From positions 256,001 through 320,000 of the forward strand of contig CAXXFV010000016.1 in the NCBI GenBank assembly GCA_963674595.2: DNA of 64,000 nt, written 5' to 3'. A program made the position numbers and the translations under genes. This stretch comes from a bacterium (GTDB lineage Bacteria; Zhuqueibacterota; Zhuqueibacteria; Residuimicrobiales; Krinioviventaceae). Shown here piece by piece: positions 20,012-30,441 of the stretch (within the stretch, counting starts at the first letter, position 1; each line of letters opens with the position of its first letter). The notes beneath the pieces are model-generated. The model made no database searches, had not been told where the DNA came from, and was given only the letters and a program-made list of their open reading frames with translations.

Positions 20012-21199
20012 ATGTCTTTTGAGCTTTTAGATTTAATATTGCTGTTGGCTGCCGCCCAGGGATTTTTCCTCACGGTCCTGATTTTTCACAAACACAGACA
20101 ATTGTTCGCCAATCGCTTTTTGGGATCACTGATTCTGATTTATTCCATCATACTATTGCACCTTTTTTGGGGAGAATTGAATGTCAAGGTCACTCACCCG
20201 CTTGTAGTGGAAATGATAATCGGCATCGGTTTTTTAATGGGACCATTACATTTTTTATATGCAACATTTCTAGTTCATCGAAATCGCCTTTTTTCAAAAA
20301 AACACTGGCTGCATTTTTTACCTTTTTTATGTTATGAATGTATTTGCCTTGTTGCTTTTAAAAGTGGAAATAATTTTCCTTTCATCATTGAATCAAAACT
20401 TGTTTGGCCTATACCATTGGGGGTATTGTTGTACAATTGGCTGGTCATTTTTCAAATTTTAATATACATGGTCCTTACCGTGGTGTTGTTAAACAGATAT
20501 GCCGCCGGTATCCGGAATGTGTTTTCATCCATTGAAAAAGTTAAGCTGGATTGGCTTACAAAAATTACTTATTTGCCGTTTTGTTTTGCCGGTGTGTTTA
20601 TAATAGAAAACATTTTGTTATTATTTAAAATTAATTTTTCCAACTTTTTTACGTTATCCTCAACCTTGTTGGCTATTTATGTTTATGTTCTCGGGTACCT
20701 GGGTTTATTAAAATCACAGGTTTTGACAAGTGATGCTTTTACTGATTCCTTTTTTCAATCATCAGAAAGTAAAAGTGACATTACCGTTCTTTCGCAGCAG
20801 CAAAAAACTGAAAAATATGAAAAATCCGGTTTAACACAGGAACGGGCCAAACAGTATTTACAGAATCTTTTAGATTTGGTAAACCAGGAAAAACCTTATA
20901 AAGAAAGCAGTTTAACATTAAACCAGTTGGCGGAACGGTTGTCTATCTCTCCTCATAATCTTTCCGAAGTTATAAATACACAACTCGAACAAAACTTTTT
21001 TGATTTTATTAATTATTATCGGGTCAAAGAAGTTCAGGAAAAATTAGCAGATCCTAATCATTCACACATTAAAATTCTTGCAATAGCATTTGATGCGGGT
21101 TTTAATTCAAAAACATCATTCAATACAATATTTAAGAAATTTACCCACCAGACACCTTCCGAATATCGTGCAGCGATGCTGTCACAACCCACAACTTGA
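20012..21199 (+). CDS. Membrane-anchored AraC-family regulator
   Basis: About 7 TM helices, KYEKSGL linker, LSEVIN..NFFDFINYYRV, AFDAGFNSKTSFN..FKK..TPSEY. Confidence 0.9.
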   Translation: MSFELLDLILLLAAAQGFFLTVLIFHKHRQLFANRFLGSLILIYSIILLHLFWGELNVKVTHPLVVEMIIGIGFLMGPLHFLYATFLVHRNRLFSKKHWLHFLPFLCYECICLVAFKSGNNFPFIIESKLVWPIPLGVLLYNWLVIFQILIYMVLTVVLLNRYAAGIRNVFSSIEKVKLDWLTKITYLPFCFAGVFIIENILLLFKINFSNFFTLSSTLLAIYVYVLGYLGLLKSQVLTSDAFTDSFFQSSESKSDITVLSQQQKTEKYEKSGLTQERAKQYLQNLLDLVNQEKPYKESSLTLNQLAERLSISPHNLSEVINTQLEQNFFDFINYYRVKEVQEKLADPNHSHIKILAIAFDAGFNSKTSFNTIFKKFTHQTPSEYRAAMLSQPTT

Positions 21200-21250
21200 T
21201 CGCAAACCAGACTAAGGGGTAATTGACCTTTTATTATTTCAGGTGTATTT

Positions 21251-21313
21251 GTTCGAACCAACGGGATAGAACCTGTAATTTTTAAAATTTAGTTCGAACC
21301 AATGGGGCAGAGC
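21251..21313 (+). promoter_or_regulatory. Direct-repeat pair, candidate AraC operator
   Basis: GTTCGAACCAACGGGATAGAAC (21251) and GTTCGAACCAATGGGGCAGAGC (21292), 41 bp apart. Confidence 0.6.
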
Positions 21314-21454
21314 GATTTTTAAAATAATAAGTTGTATTTTTTTCGGTCAATCATTTCAACCAGGATTTCGTTTTTGGAAGACGGATGTACGGATATTCCG
21401 ATCTTTCAGATCAGGTTTTGGTAAAAATTTCTGATTTTATAAAAGGAATGTTTT

Positions 21455-23761
21455 ATGAAAAAAATATTTTATGCTTTTGTGTTTATGATTTTGTTAATCG
21501 TACCCAGTTTTGCTCAGGCACAAAAAACAATACATACCGGAGTAATCCGGGGTCAGGTTTTGGATGCTGAAGTAAAAACACCGTTAATCAGCACCAATAT
21601 AAGTATTCAAAATACATTAATGGGTGCTTCCTCTGATGCTGACGGCAATTTTGAAATAAAAAATGTCCCGGTGGGGACATGGTCTTTACGCTTTAGTTAT
21701 ATCGGTTATGAAACCGTTGTCAAGACAGATGTTATTGTTAAATCGAATCGGATTACAACCGTGAACGCGGAACTTGCCATGTCCAGTGTGGTTTTGGAAG
21801 GCGTTGTGGTAACAGGCGGTTATTTTTCCGAAACAAAAGATGAACCTGTAAGTGCTGTTAATTTTTCTTCGGAAGAAATTCGACGTGCCCCGGGTTCTGC
21901 CGGTGATGTCAGCCGGATTTTGATGAGTTTACCCAGCATTGCCAAAGTAAATGATCAAACCAATAATCTTATTGTTCGTGGCGGCAGTCCGACTGAAAAT
22001 GCTTTTTATGTAGACAATATTGAAATTCCAAATATAAACCATTTCCCGACACAGGGAGCATCCGGTGGGCCTATCGGATTACTGAATGTTGATTTTATTG
22101 ATGATGTCCGTTTTTATTCCGGCGGTTTTTCATCAAAGTATGGTGACAGGCTTTCATCAATTATGGATATTACTTTTCGTCAAGGCAACAGGAACGAGTT
22201 TGACGGTCAACTGGATTTGAATTTTACCGGATTCGGCGGTACAGTTGAAGGCCCATTGTTTAATAAAAAGGGTTCGTGGCTGCTGTCTGCCAGAAAAAGT
22301 TATCTGGATTATCTTGTGGATATGATTGATATCGGAACAAGTGTTGCTCCTGTTTATGGTGATGTTCAGGGAAAAATTGTTTATGATCTGAATTCAAATC
22401 ACAAACTCATGCTTTTGGGCATTTGGGGTGATGACCATAACAATCCGGGAAGGGATACCGCCATAGAAAATGATATGATTTATTATGGAAAACAGGATAT
22501 TTATGAAAGAACGACCGGCATAAACTGGAGGGCTTTGTGGAATAAAAACGGGTATTCAAATACGTCCCTGTCAGTTACCTCTCAGGATTTTAATGAAAAT
22601 AACTTTGAGACCAATTCCGGGTTTTTTCTGAGTCAAAATAATTCCAGCGAATACTCGTATAACTTTCGTCAGGTTAATCATTTTCGTATAAAAAACAGGT
22701 CTTCTGTTGAATTTGGTCTTGATGTCAAATATTTGAAAAATAAATATAATAATTATTTTGCAGAATATACGGACGCACTGGGAAATCCTGTTTCTTCTTT
22801 CAGGATAAATCAGACAGATGATTCCTATAAAACGGGTATCTTTTTAGACCTTTCTTTATCACCTATTCAACGCTTAAACACGACATTGGGTGTTAGAACG
22901 GATTATTTTTCCATGACGGAAAAGACACACGTCGCACCCAGGTTTTCTTTTTCCTATGCTTTAAGCAACAGAACATCCGTAACCGGCGCTGCCGGAATAT
23001 ACTATCAGGCTTTGCCAATGGTGTTATTAATTCAAAATGAAGAAAATAAAAATTTAAAAGACACCCAGGCGCGTCATTTAATATTGGGTTCAAGTCATTT
23101 GCTCACGGAAAATACCAGGCTGACATTGGAAGTATATCACAAGGAATATAAAAATTTCCCTATGGACCCTGCGCAACCAGGATTGTTCCTGATTGATGAA
23201 TTATATTATCAGTATGGTTTTTTTATGCAGCATGAACATTTGGTTGACACCGGACGTGGATATTCCAGGGGGATTGAGCTGGTGTTACAAAAAAAATTAG
23301 CCAGGGATGTTTATGGATTGGTGAGCGCCTCGTGGTTTCGTACAAAATATCAGGATTTAAATAATATCTGGAGAAACCGAGTTTTTGATAATCAAATATT
23401 GCTTAGTATGGAAGGCGGATATAAACCGAACAATAAATGGGAATTCAGCGCCAGATGGATTTTTGCCGGAGGAGCGCCTTATACACCATTTATCATCAGT
23501 GCGTCAAAAGAACTTGCCCGAATAGTGCTTGATGAAGACCGTATCAATGAATCAAGATATCCGAATTATCATTCTATGAATGTTCGTTTTGACAGGCGTT
23601 TTCATTTTAACCGTACCAATATTGTTACTTATTTTAGTGTATGGAATGCTTATGGCAGAAAAAATGTTGCCTCCTACTTTTGGAATGAAAAAGAGAAAAA
23701 GCAGGACACAATTTATCAATGGACAATGCTGCCGATTTTTGGCATAGAGTATGAATTTTAG
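21455..23761 (+). CDS. TonB-dependent receptor
   Basis: Signal peptide, FSYIGY domain, plug IVRGGSPTEN..NINHF, GGFSSKYGDRLSS, terminal EYEF. Confidence 0.9.
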   Translation: MKKIFYAFVFMILLIVPSFAQAQKTIHTGVIRGQVLDAEVKTPLISTNISIQNTLMGASSDADGNFEIKNVPVGTWSLRFSYIGYETVVKTDVIVKSNRITTVNAELAMSSVVLEGVVVTGGYFSETKDEPVSAVNFSSEEIRRAPGSAGDVSRILMSLPSIAKVNDQTNNLIVRGGSPTENAFYVDNIEIPNINHFPTQGASGGPIGLLNVDFIDDVRFYSGGFSSKYGDRLSSIMDITFRQGNRNEFDGQLDLNFTGFGGTVEGPLFNKKGSWLLSARKSYLDYLVDMIDIGTSVAPVYGDVQGKIVYDLNSNHKLMLLGIWGDDHNNPGRDTAIENDMIYYGKQDIYERTTGINWRALWNKNGYSNTSLSVTSQDFNENNFETNSGFFLSQNNSSEYSYNFRQVNHFRIKNRSSVEFGLDVKYLKNKYNNYFAEYTDALGNPVSSFRINQTDDSYKTGIFLDLSLSPIQRLNTTLGVRTDYFSMTEKTHVAPRFSFSYALSNRTSVTGAAGIYYQALPMVLLIQNEENKNLKDTQARHLILGSSHLLTENTRLTLEVYHKEYKNFPMDPAQPGLFLIDELYYQYGFFMQHEHLVDTGRGYSRGIELVLQKKLARDVYGLVSASWFRTKYQDLNNIWRNRVFDNQILLSMEGGYKPNNKWEFSARWIFAGGAPYTPFIISASKELARIVLDEDRINESRYPNYHSMNVRFDRRFHFNRTNIVTYFSVWNAYGRKNVASYFWNEKEKKQDTIYQWTMLPIFGIEYEF

Positions 23762-23806
23762 CTCGTACTAAATTAAATTTAAAAGGGGAATTCCAATCTT
23801 AACTAT

Positions 23807-23847
23807 AAACATGCCCCGGAGGTGGTGCTTTTCGGGGCATGTTTTTT
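23807..23847 (+). terminator. Intrinsic terminator
   Basis: AAACATGCCCCGGA...TTCGGGGCATGTTT followed by Ts. Confidence 0.8.
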
Positions 23848-23914
23848 GCTTTGTAAATTATCCAATTAATTCGTATTATTTTACAAATAAAATATTTATT
23901 TTTATATTGGAATT

Positions 23915-25324
23915 ATGAAGCTTTCACATAAAGTCCTTTTACTATTTTTGTTGTTCTTTACAGCGTTGTTTATAAGCCTGATGACCTTTCTACATTGGCT
24001 TGATATTCAGCAAAGTAAAGGGCATTTGGTTGAAAAGTACAATCGACTTTCTGCAAATGCCGCTGAAGATGCCAACCAAATGATCCAGAACCGAAATCCC
24101 GCCAATTTATATTATGTGTTGACATCCGGGTTGGAAAAAGAGATTGACCTTGGCTCTATAAAATTTCTTCGTATTGTAGAAAATAATGGCCAGGTGCTTT
24201 TTTCGATGAATATTAAAGAGGAGAAAAAGCAGACACAGCATGAATCAGATGTGGAGATATTTCACAAAACTGCAAATGACCAGCAATATTTACCCATTAC
24301 AATATTAAAAACAGAAAATGATCAGTCAATAATTGATGTGACGGTCCCTTTTAGAAATGATACGGGATTTTATATTTTACGTGCGGGATACGAATACCAG
24401 TTAAACGTCCCCATAAACTATCTTAACCTTCTTATTCTATTTTTGTTTTTAAGCAGTTTGTCCTTTGTATTGGTGGTGCTGATACAAAAACTTTTCATTG
24501 GCCCCATCGAAGTATTGACTTTTAGCGCCCGGCAGATTGCAAAAGGGAAAACCGATGATTTTTCTTTTGTTGCGAATCGAAATGATGAAATTGGGCATTT
24601 AAGAGGTTCTTTGCAGGAACTGGTGCGGCAGTTACGGCTTAAGCAGGAGGAACTCGCAGAAAAAGAGCGTTTGGCTGTTTTGGGAAAAGGGACAGGAAGA
24701 TTGACTCATAATATCAGCAATTTGTTGAATCCTTTGGATCATTATTTTAATAAAATTAACATGATCTTGAAAAAGGACAAAAAGTCAATTGCGATAAAGG
24801 AAGCCCTTGAACCCATCGAACGCCACGTTAATCTTATCCGAAACGATCTAAACCGGTTGAAAAAAGCCGTCCCTGATCAGCCTTATCGTGAATCTTATCC
24901 CTTGTCTGTGTTAATCGAAGCGGCTTTGGGTCGGGTTATTGTGCCGGAAAATGTCCGTGTGAAAAAGGTTTATGGCGGCAGTATTATTTACGCTATGGTT
25001 GATCCCGAACAGATGACAGAAGTGTTTTATAATATTATTCTTAATGCCTTTCAGGCTATGACCGAAAAAGGCGGTGTGCTTAAGATTAGGATTGTTCAGG
25101 AACAGAATAAGGTCCATGTTCATTTTAAAGATGATGGATGCGGGATTCCTCAAGATCAAATTCAGGATATTTTCCAATTTTTTATGACAACTAAAAAAAG
25201 CGGCATGGGGATAGGACTTTCGAGCGCGATGGAAATAGTCCGGCAGCATGGCGGTGTTATAAGCGTAGAAAGTTCTGAAGAATGGGGTAGTGATTTTAAA
25301 GTTTCTTTACCATTATCATCTTAA
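23915..25324 (+). CDS. HAMP-domain sensor histidine kinase
   Basis: 2 TM helices, RNDEIG HAMP, H-box THNISNLL, NIILNA, DDGCGI, FMTTK..GMGIGL. Confidence 0.88.
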   Translation: MKLSHKVLLLFLLFFTALFISLMTFLHWLDIQQSKGHLVEKYNRLSANAAEDANQMIQNRNPANLYYVLTSGLEKEIDLGSIKFLRIVENNGQVLFSMNIKEEKKQTQHESDVEIFHKTANDQQYLPITILKTENDQSIIDVTVPFRNDTGFYILRAGYEYQLNVPINYLNLLILFLFLSSLSFVLVVLIQKLFIGPIEVLTFSARQIAKGKTDDFSFVANRNDEIGHLRGSLQELVRQLRLKQEELAEKERLAVLGKGTGRLTHNISNLLNPLDHYFNKINMILKKDKKSIAIKEALEPIERHVNLIRNDLNRLKKAVPDQPYRESYPLSVLIEAALGRVIVPENVRVKKVYGGSIIYAMVDPEQMTEVFYNIILNAFQAMTEKGGVLKIRIVQEQNKVHVHFKDDGCGIPQDQIQDIFQFFMTTKKSGMGIGLSSAMEIVRQHGGVISVESSEEWGSDFKVSLPLSS

Positions 25325-25344
25325 TTTAAATGAGAGTGAGTTGG

Positions 25345-26742
25345 ATGATTGAAAAATTGAAAATACTTATAATTGAAGATGAAGAATATAACAGGACATT
25401 TTATCAGCAAATTTTGTCCGAAAGATGGGAAACGGTGGATGTGGCATCGACTCTTGCGGAAGGTGATATAAAAAGTAAACAGTTAAAACCGGACCTGGTG
25501 CTGCTGGATTTAAAGTTTGATCGTGATGAAAGTCGTGAAGGCCTTGAGTTTTTACAAAAATTAAAACGCGAGTGTCCTGATATTGAAGTAATTGTTATCA
25601 GCGGGTCGCGCCGGGATTCCACAAAAATAGAAGCTGTCATAAAATATGGTGCTTATGATTATCTGGAAAAACCGGTCCGGCGGGATGTTTTGCTGATGGT
25701 AGTGCATCGGGTTATGGAACGAATCCGGTTAAATGGTGAAAATATAAGACTGAAACAAAATCTGGCTCGTGCCAGAAAATTTGAAGGTTTTTTTGGTATG
25801 CTCGGACATTCGTCCCCAATGAAAGCTGTTTTTGAGAAAATAAAAAAGATTGCCCGTTACGACAATACCGTGTTAATTACAGGAGATACAGGAACAGGTA
25901 AAGAACTTGTGGCACGGGCAATCCACAAGTTAAGCGGTCGTTCGCCTTTAATTGCTATAGATTTAGGGACAATTTCCGAAGAACTGGCAGGAAGTGAACT
26001 TTTTGGACACGAAAAAGGTGCTTTTACAGGGGCTGTTGCGGAGAGAAAAGGTAAAATAGAAGCTGTTGCTGATGGTACGGTTTTTTTGGATGAAATTGAA
26101 AATATTTCACTGGATGTCCAACAAAAATTATTGCGTTTACTTGAGCAAAAAAGTTATCAGCGGGTGGGCAGCAATATTACAAAAACAACCGAAGCCAGAT
26201 TTCTTGTGGCGACGAATGTTGATTTGAAAGATTATGTTAATAAAGGACATTTTCGGGAAGACTTGTATCATCGTTTAAATGTGGTTAATATTCGTCTGCC
26301 GTCACTTAAGGAAAGGCAGGACGATATTCCACTGTTGGCAAATTATTTTTTGCACATTCATTGTAAAAGTTTGGATATGGATAAATCGTTTATACCGGAA
26401 ACACTAACCCTGTTAAAAGAATACTCCTGGCCGGGGAATGTGCGGGAGCTTAAACATTGTATAGAAGAGGCTTTAATTTTTGGTCTGGATGAACACTATT
26501 TGCTGCCTGAAGATTTCAAGTTTGAACCCAAAAAATCAAAAACAAAAAAAGAGAATGATAAAAGACCTGTGGCTGTAAATACGTTAAAACAGGTTGAAAC
26601 CGAAGCGAAAAAAGACGTTATTTTAAAAGCTTTAAATCAAACAAACGGTGTTATTGCCAAAGCAGCACGAATTCTCGATATAACACCCAGGCACCTGAGA
26701 AGGCTCATGGATGAATATACTATTTCTGACGGGACAAATTAG
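25345..26742 (+). CDS. Sigma54-dependent response regulator (NtrC/AtoC family)
   Basis: Receiver IIEDE/LLDL, GDTGTGKE, GAFTGA, FLDEIE, WPGNVREL, Fis HTH. Confidence 0.93.
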   Translation: MIEKLKILIIEDEEYNRTFYQQILSERWETVDVASTLAEGDIKSKQLKPDLVLLDLKFDRDESREGLEFLQKLKRECPDIEVIVISGSRRDSTKIEAVIKYGAYDYLEKPVRRDVLLMVVHRVMERIRLNGENIRLKQNLARARKFEGFFGMLGHSSPMKAVFEKIKKIARYDNTVLITGDTGTGKELVARAIHKLSGRSPLIAIDLGTISEELAGSELFGHEKGAFTGAVAERKGKIEAVADGTVFLDEIENISLDVQQKLLRLLEQKSYQRVGSNITKTTEARFLVATNVDLKDYVNKGHFREDLYHRLNVVNIRLPSLKERQDDIPLLANYFLHIHCKSLDMDKSFIPETLTLLKEYSWPGNVRELKHCIEEALIFGLDEHYLLPEDFKFEPKKSKTKKENDKRPVAVNTLKQVETEAKKDVILKALNQTNGVIAKAARILDITPRHLRRLMDEYTISDGTN

Positions 26743-26778
26743 TCTGACATGACAAAAAAGACCGGACATAAATGTCCG
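26732..26778. promoter_or_regulatory. Candidate enhancer (UAS) sites
   Basis: Perfect palindrome CGGACAT-AA-ATGTCCG 26763-26778; imperfect copy GGACAAATTAGTCT 26732-26745, 32 bp upstream. Confidence 0.6.
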
Positions 26779-26878
26779 CCACCGGGGTTCCTTGACCATA
26801 TTTAAAAATATTTTTATTTTATTTATTATAACTTGTTGTTTTTTATCTATCAAAAAAAAGTGATATTTTTTTCAAGTT

Positions 26879-26894
26879 TGGTACTCTCCTTGCT
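26879..26894 (+). promoter_or_regulatory. Sigma54 -24/-12 promoter of tonB
   Basis: TGGTAC-TCTCC-TTGCT with exact GG-N10-GC spacing. Confidence 0.75.
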
Positions 26895-27029
26895 ATATGT
26901 ATTGTGAAACGGCCTTGGGCTTTTGAAGCACATATATAAAAAATTTTTTCTGGCTTAACAATTGGTTCAAAACAAAAAGACCGTTTCATTTGTACGTTTT
27001 TAACGTCATTAAAAATTTGGAGGGACATT

Positions 27030-27671
27030 ATGATGAAAAATAGAATCGACCAAATCAAGTTGAACTATCAGTCAAATGTCGAACGATCCATGATTTTCGT
27101 TCTTTTATTTTTAACCTTCTTTTTTACCGCGTTTAAACGATCAAGTGTACAGATAGAAACAATTCCTGAATTAGGTTCAAATACGGTTGTCATTGAAATA
27201 CCTCCGACTGTTCAGAAGCCGCGTATTGAACGACCGCAAAGACCGGCAATTTTGATTCCCATTGAAGATGAAGATATGCCGGAAATGGCCACAATTGAAG
27301 ATACAGATATTAATTTAACAGACCTTGGTACGCCGCCGGAACCACCGAATGGAGATGATGTTGTCAGTCATTATTTTGTTGACTATGAGCAGGCACCTCA
27401 AATTGTCGGTGGCGTTAGTGAATTGGCAAAACATATAGAATATCCTGAAATGGCCCGCCGGGCCGGTGTTGAAGGAACAGTAGTTGTTGTGGTTTATTTG
27501 AGTAAAGACGGCAAGGTCGATAAAACAGAAATATTCAAATCTTTGGGTAACAACGGATGTGATCAGGTTGCTGAAAAAGCTGTTCGTTCGGTCAAGTGGA
27601 CACCGGCGTATCAGCGGGACATGCCCGTACCTGTCAGAATCAGCGTGCCGATAAGATTTGCTTTAAAATAA
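27030..27671 (+). CDS. tonB: Energy transducer TonB
   Basis: N-terminal TM, Pro-rich linker, YPEMARRAGVEGTV, WTPAYQ...VPIRF. Confidence 0.88.
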   Translation: MMKNRIDQIKLNYQSNVERSMIFVLLFLTFFFTAFKRSSVQIETIPELGSNTVVIEIPPTVQKPRIERPQRPAILIPIEDEDMPEMATIEDTDINLTDLGTPPEPPNGDDVVSHYFVDYEQAPQIVGGVSELAKHIEYPEMARRAGVEGTVVVVVYLSKDGKVDKTEIFKSLGNNGCDQVAEKAVRSVKWTPAYQRDMPVPVRISVPIRFALK

Positions 27672-27702
27672 ATTTGATGCTCTCCTCTTGTATAATGCGA
27701 CG

Positions 27703-27734
27703 AAAAAGGGCCGGTAAAACTACCGGCCTTTTTT
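27703..27734 (+). terminator. Intrinsic terminator
   Basis: AAAAAGGGCCGGTA-aaac-TACCGGCCTTTTTT. Confidence 0.85.
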
Positions 27735-27966
27735 ATTTGTGTAACTCCTTTTTTGCCTTTCTACAAGAATCTTACCAGAATAAAGAAATGTTTGTAAGAA
27801 AGTTTAAGAACTTTGCATTACAAGCTCATTTGTCGTGCCTATGGAAACAGGTATCCAGAGAAAAGTAAGGATTCTGGACAACCGCTTGCGCCATAATGAC
27901 AGGAAGGTTCGAATTTGATTTTCCCCTCTCCCTTGGAAATAAATTAAATATATTTACATATTTTTC

Positions 27967-27995
27967 TTGCTGAGAACAGAATTGTTTAGTATCAT
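27967..27995 (+). promoter_or_regulatory. Sigma70-like promoter (twin of the one at 32094)
   Basis: TTGCTG-17 nt-TATCAT. Confidence 0.5.
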
Positions 27996-28019
27996 GTATT
28001 TTAAAAATTATATTCAGAG

Positions 28020-29108
28020 ATGATTACAATAAAGGAAAATATGGATTCGAAACAACGAGTGATGACAGCAATATTACGGCAACAGCCGGACCGGGTTCCT
28101 CTTGATTTTAGCGCGAACAATGATACACTTTGTCGGCTAAAGGCAGATTTACAAATATCGGATTTACGTGGATTGTTAGAGTATTTACATGTCGATATTT
28201 TAGATATTCGGGGTGTGATTGACCCGGTATTTGTCGGGCCGATACCATATGAACATGTTAAAGATGGTATTAAAGAAAATTTCTGGGGAATGCGCACAAA
28301 AAAAATGGATACGGTAACCGGTGTTGAAGACAGTTACTGTGACTTTGTATTAGGCGGTTGTCAGACGGTAAAGGAACTGGAAGAGCATCTTTGGCCCTCC
28401 CCGGACTGGTTTGATTTTAGCCATATGCCTTCGCAGTTAGCGGAATGGAATGATTTTGCTGTTATGGCATCCGGAGCGAGTATCTGGCAGCACGCCTCGT
28501 TTTTGCGCAGTCTGGACAATTTATTAATGGATATGGCCGCCGCACCCGATATGGCCGAATTTATTATGGACAAATTTACCGATTTTTATCTCGGCTATTT
28601 TGATAAAATGTTTAAAGCGGCGGACGGCCGAATTGATATTTTTCGTATTGCTGATGATTTGGGAATGCAGGACCGCCTATTAATCAGTCCGTCTCAGTTT
28701 GATTTTTTTATAGCGCCACGATTGAAAAAACTGGTGGACCTTGCGCACAGTTATGATATCAAAGTTATGTTCCATTCTTGCGGGGCGATAGAGCCTTTAA
28801 TTTCAAAACTGATTGAAACAGGAGTGGATATACTGGATCCCATTCAGGTTAAAGCGGCTGGCATGCAGCCTGATGTTTTAAAAAAATTATATGGTGATCA
28901 AATTTGTTTTCATGGTGCAATTGATACGCAATTTGTATTACCCAAGGGAACACCAGCACTCGTTGCTGAAACAGTGGAAGAAATGATCAATGTCCTGGGA
29001 CGCAATGGCGGGTATATTCTCAGTCCGAGTCATGTTTTACAAACAGATGTCTCTACTGAAAATATCAAATCATTGTATTTGACAGCCAGGGAAAAGGGTG
29101 TTTATTAA
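28020..29108 (+). CDS. URO-D-family protein, copy 2
   Basis: PDRVPLD, ADDLGMQ, FHSCG, LDPIQ, HGAIDTQ, GGYILSPSH; start may be ATG28038. Confidence 0.85.
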   Translation: MITIKENMDSKQRVMTAILRQQPDRVPLDFSANNDTLCRLKADLQISDLRGLLEYLHVDILDIRGVIDPVFVGPIPYEHVKDGIKENFWGMRTKKMDTVTGVEDSYCDFVLGGCQTVKELEEHLWPSPDWFDFSHMPSQLAEWNDFAVMASGASIWQHASFLRSLDNLLMDMAAAPDMAEFIMDKFTDFYLGYFDKMFKAADGRIDIFRIADDLGMQDRLLISPSQFDFFIAPRLKKLVDLAHSYDIKVMFHSCGAIEPLISKLIETGVDILDPIQVKAAGMQPDVLKKLYGDQICFHGAIDTQFVLPKGTPALVAETVEEMINVLGRNGGYILSPSHVLQTDVSTENIKSLYLTAREKGVY

Positions 29109-29132
29109 AAGAATGAGTTAATATATCAGGTT

Positions 29133-29801
29133 TTAATTAAATTGTAATCCTATTGTTAACTGAAATTGGTTATATTGCCAAGTGCCCGTCAGGTATGGGG
29201 AAAACTTTTCAAATTTGTAATTTGTCATGCTAAATATATAATTTGCTTCACATAGTAAATAAAATTTTATAATTTTAAATTTTTTGCCGATTCCAAGGTT
29301 TAGGCCCGTTCCAAAGAGAGAGAATTTGTCTGATATTTCAAAATCACCATGATCATTGTAAATATTACTAAAATATTTATATTTAGCTTTTAAAACGAAA
29401 CCAATATCCAAACCCAGGAGAAAATAGGGCAGCCCCATCTTGTTTAAATCAACTTTTAACAAGATGGGTAAACTCAAATAGTTTAATTCTATTTCTTCAT
29501 CCAAAATATCTTCTGGTCCTGTATAAATTGTCCGTGTCAGCATATTCTTTCGAATGCTTATTTCATTAACAACTGAAAATTTATCAGATATAACGGTTTC
29601 ATTAAAAACGCCCGCAGAGTAACCTTGTGAGTAATTGATTTTGGGATAATCACCAGTAGGGATGGAAGCCCCATATTTTTCTTCTCTGAATTTACTATAA
29701 TTAAGTCCGAATTTTACGCCTTGAGAGAATTGATGTGAATAGGCATTTGTTTTCAAGATCAACAATACTAATACTGGAATAATATATCGTCTGGTCTTCA
29801 T
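29133..29801 (-). CDS. Outer-membrane beta-barrel (PorT-like) protein
   Basis: Signal peptide, GVKFGLNYS, LNYLSLPILLK, terminal IGLQFN. Confidence 0.75.
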   Translation of the reverse strand: MKTRRYIIPVLVLLILKTNAYSHQFSQGVKFGLNYSKFREEKYGASIPTGDYPKINYSQGYSAGVFNETVISDKFSVVNEISIRKNMLTRTIYTGPEDILDEEIELNYLSLPILLKVDLNKMGLPYFLLGLDIGFVLKAKYKYFSNIYNDHGDFEISDKFSLFGTGLNLGIGKKFKIIKFYLLCEANYIFSMTNYKFEKFSPYLTGTWQYNQFQLTIGLQFN

Positions 29802-29895
29802 TATTTTTACTCCTTATTCACACATCCATACACCTGTCTGGTTTTTATACATCCTTTACGAGAAAGGTTGTCGTATCGAATTTTTTTGCAACTGA

Positions 29896-30372
29896 TTATT
29901 GTTCCGTACATTCTTTTACCACAACCCCAAACAAAATCCGGTACTTGTTATTACTGATCCGAACTCGAACGGCAACAGAATCGTTTACAGCCCGACATTC
30001 CAATTGACCATTACGTTGCCCAGGATTACCCTAAGTTACTTTCATCTCTGGAGTGTCAAAAGGAACAAAAAGGTCAGCAATATGATCACCGAAAATGGCT
30101 GTCATTTCTTCATAATCGCCTGATTTTGTTCTGATTTGTATTAAATATCGATTATTTAAACCTACTGTGCTACTTTGAAGAATGCCAACTTTAAAATTGG
30201 CACCGATTACTATATATTGGGACCATATATAATCCTGGCAGTCTTTATTCTGGATTAAGGATAGCTTTGGATAATTTCCCTTGGAAAACTCTTCGCCAGT
30301 ATAAAGAAAATCCTGCCAGGTTGGTTGGCCGGTACTGCCTGTTAGTGTTTTGTGACAGAATGCGAACAAACT
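29896..30372 (-). pseudogene. Degraded gene remnant abutting IS3
   Basis: Frame is open from the IS end and continues 44 codons past the in-frame TAG at 30031-30033; no start or SD on this side of the IS. Confidence 0.45.
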
Positions 30373-30441
30373 TGACCTTTACCTAATATTGTAGACACAC
30401 CGAAAAGTTCGTATATTGTAACTAACTTTTGGAGGTGTGTA

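Noticed and set aside
21251-21313. Repeat pair as a mini CRISPR array
   Set aside because: Only two imperfect copies, a 19-nt gap and no cas genes
30031-30033. In-frame TAG as a possible recoded (pyrrolysine) codon
   Set aside because: Lies in an IS-truncated remnant, TAG ends normal genes here (e.g. argJ, trpD), and no pyl genes are seen
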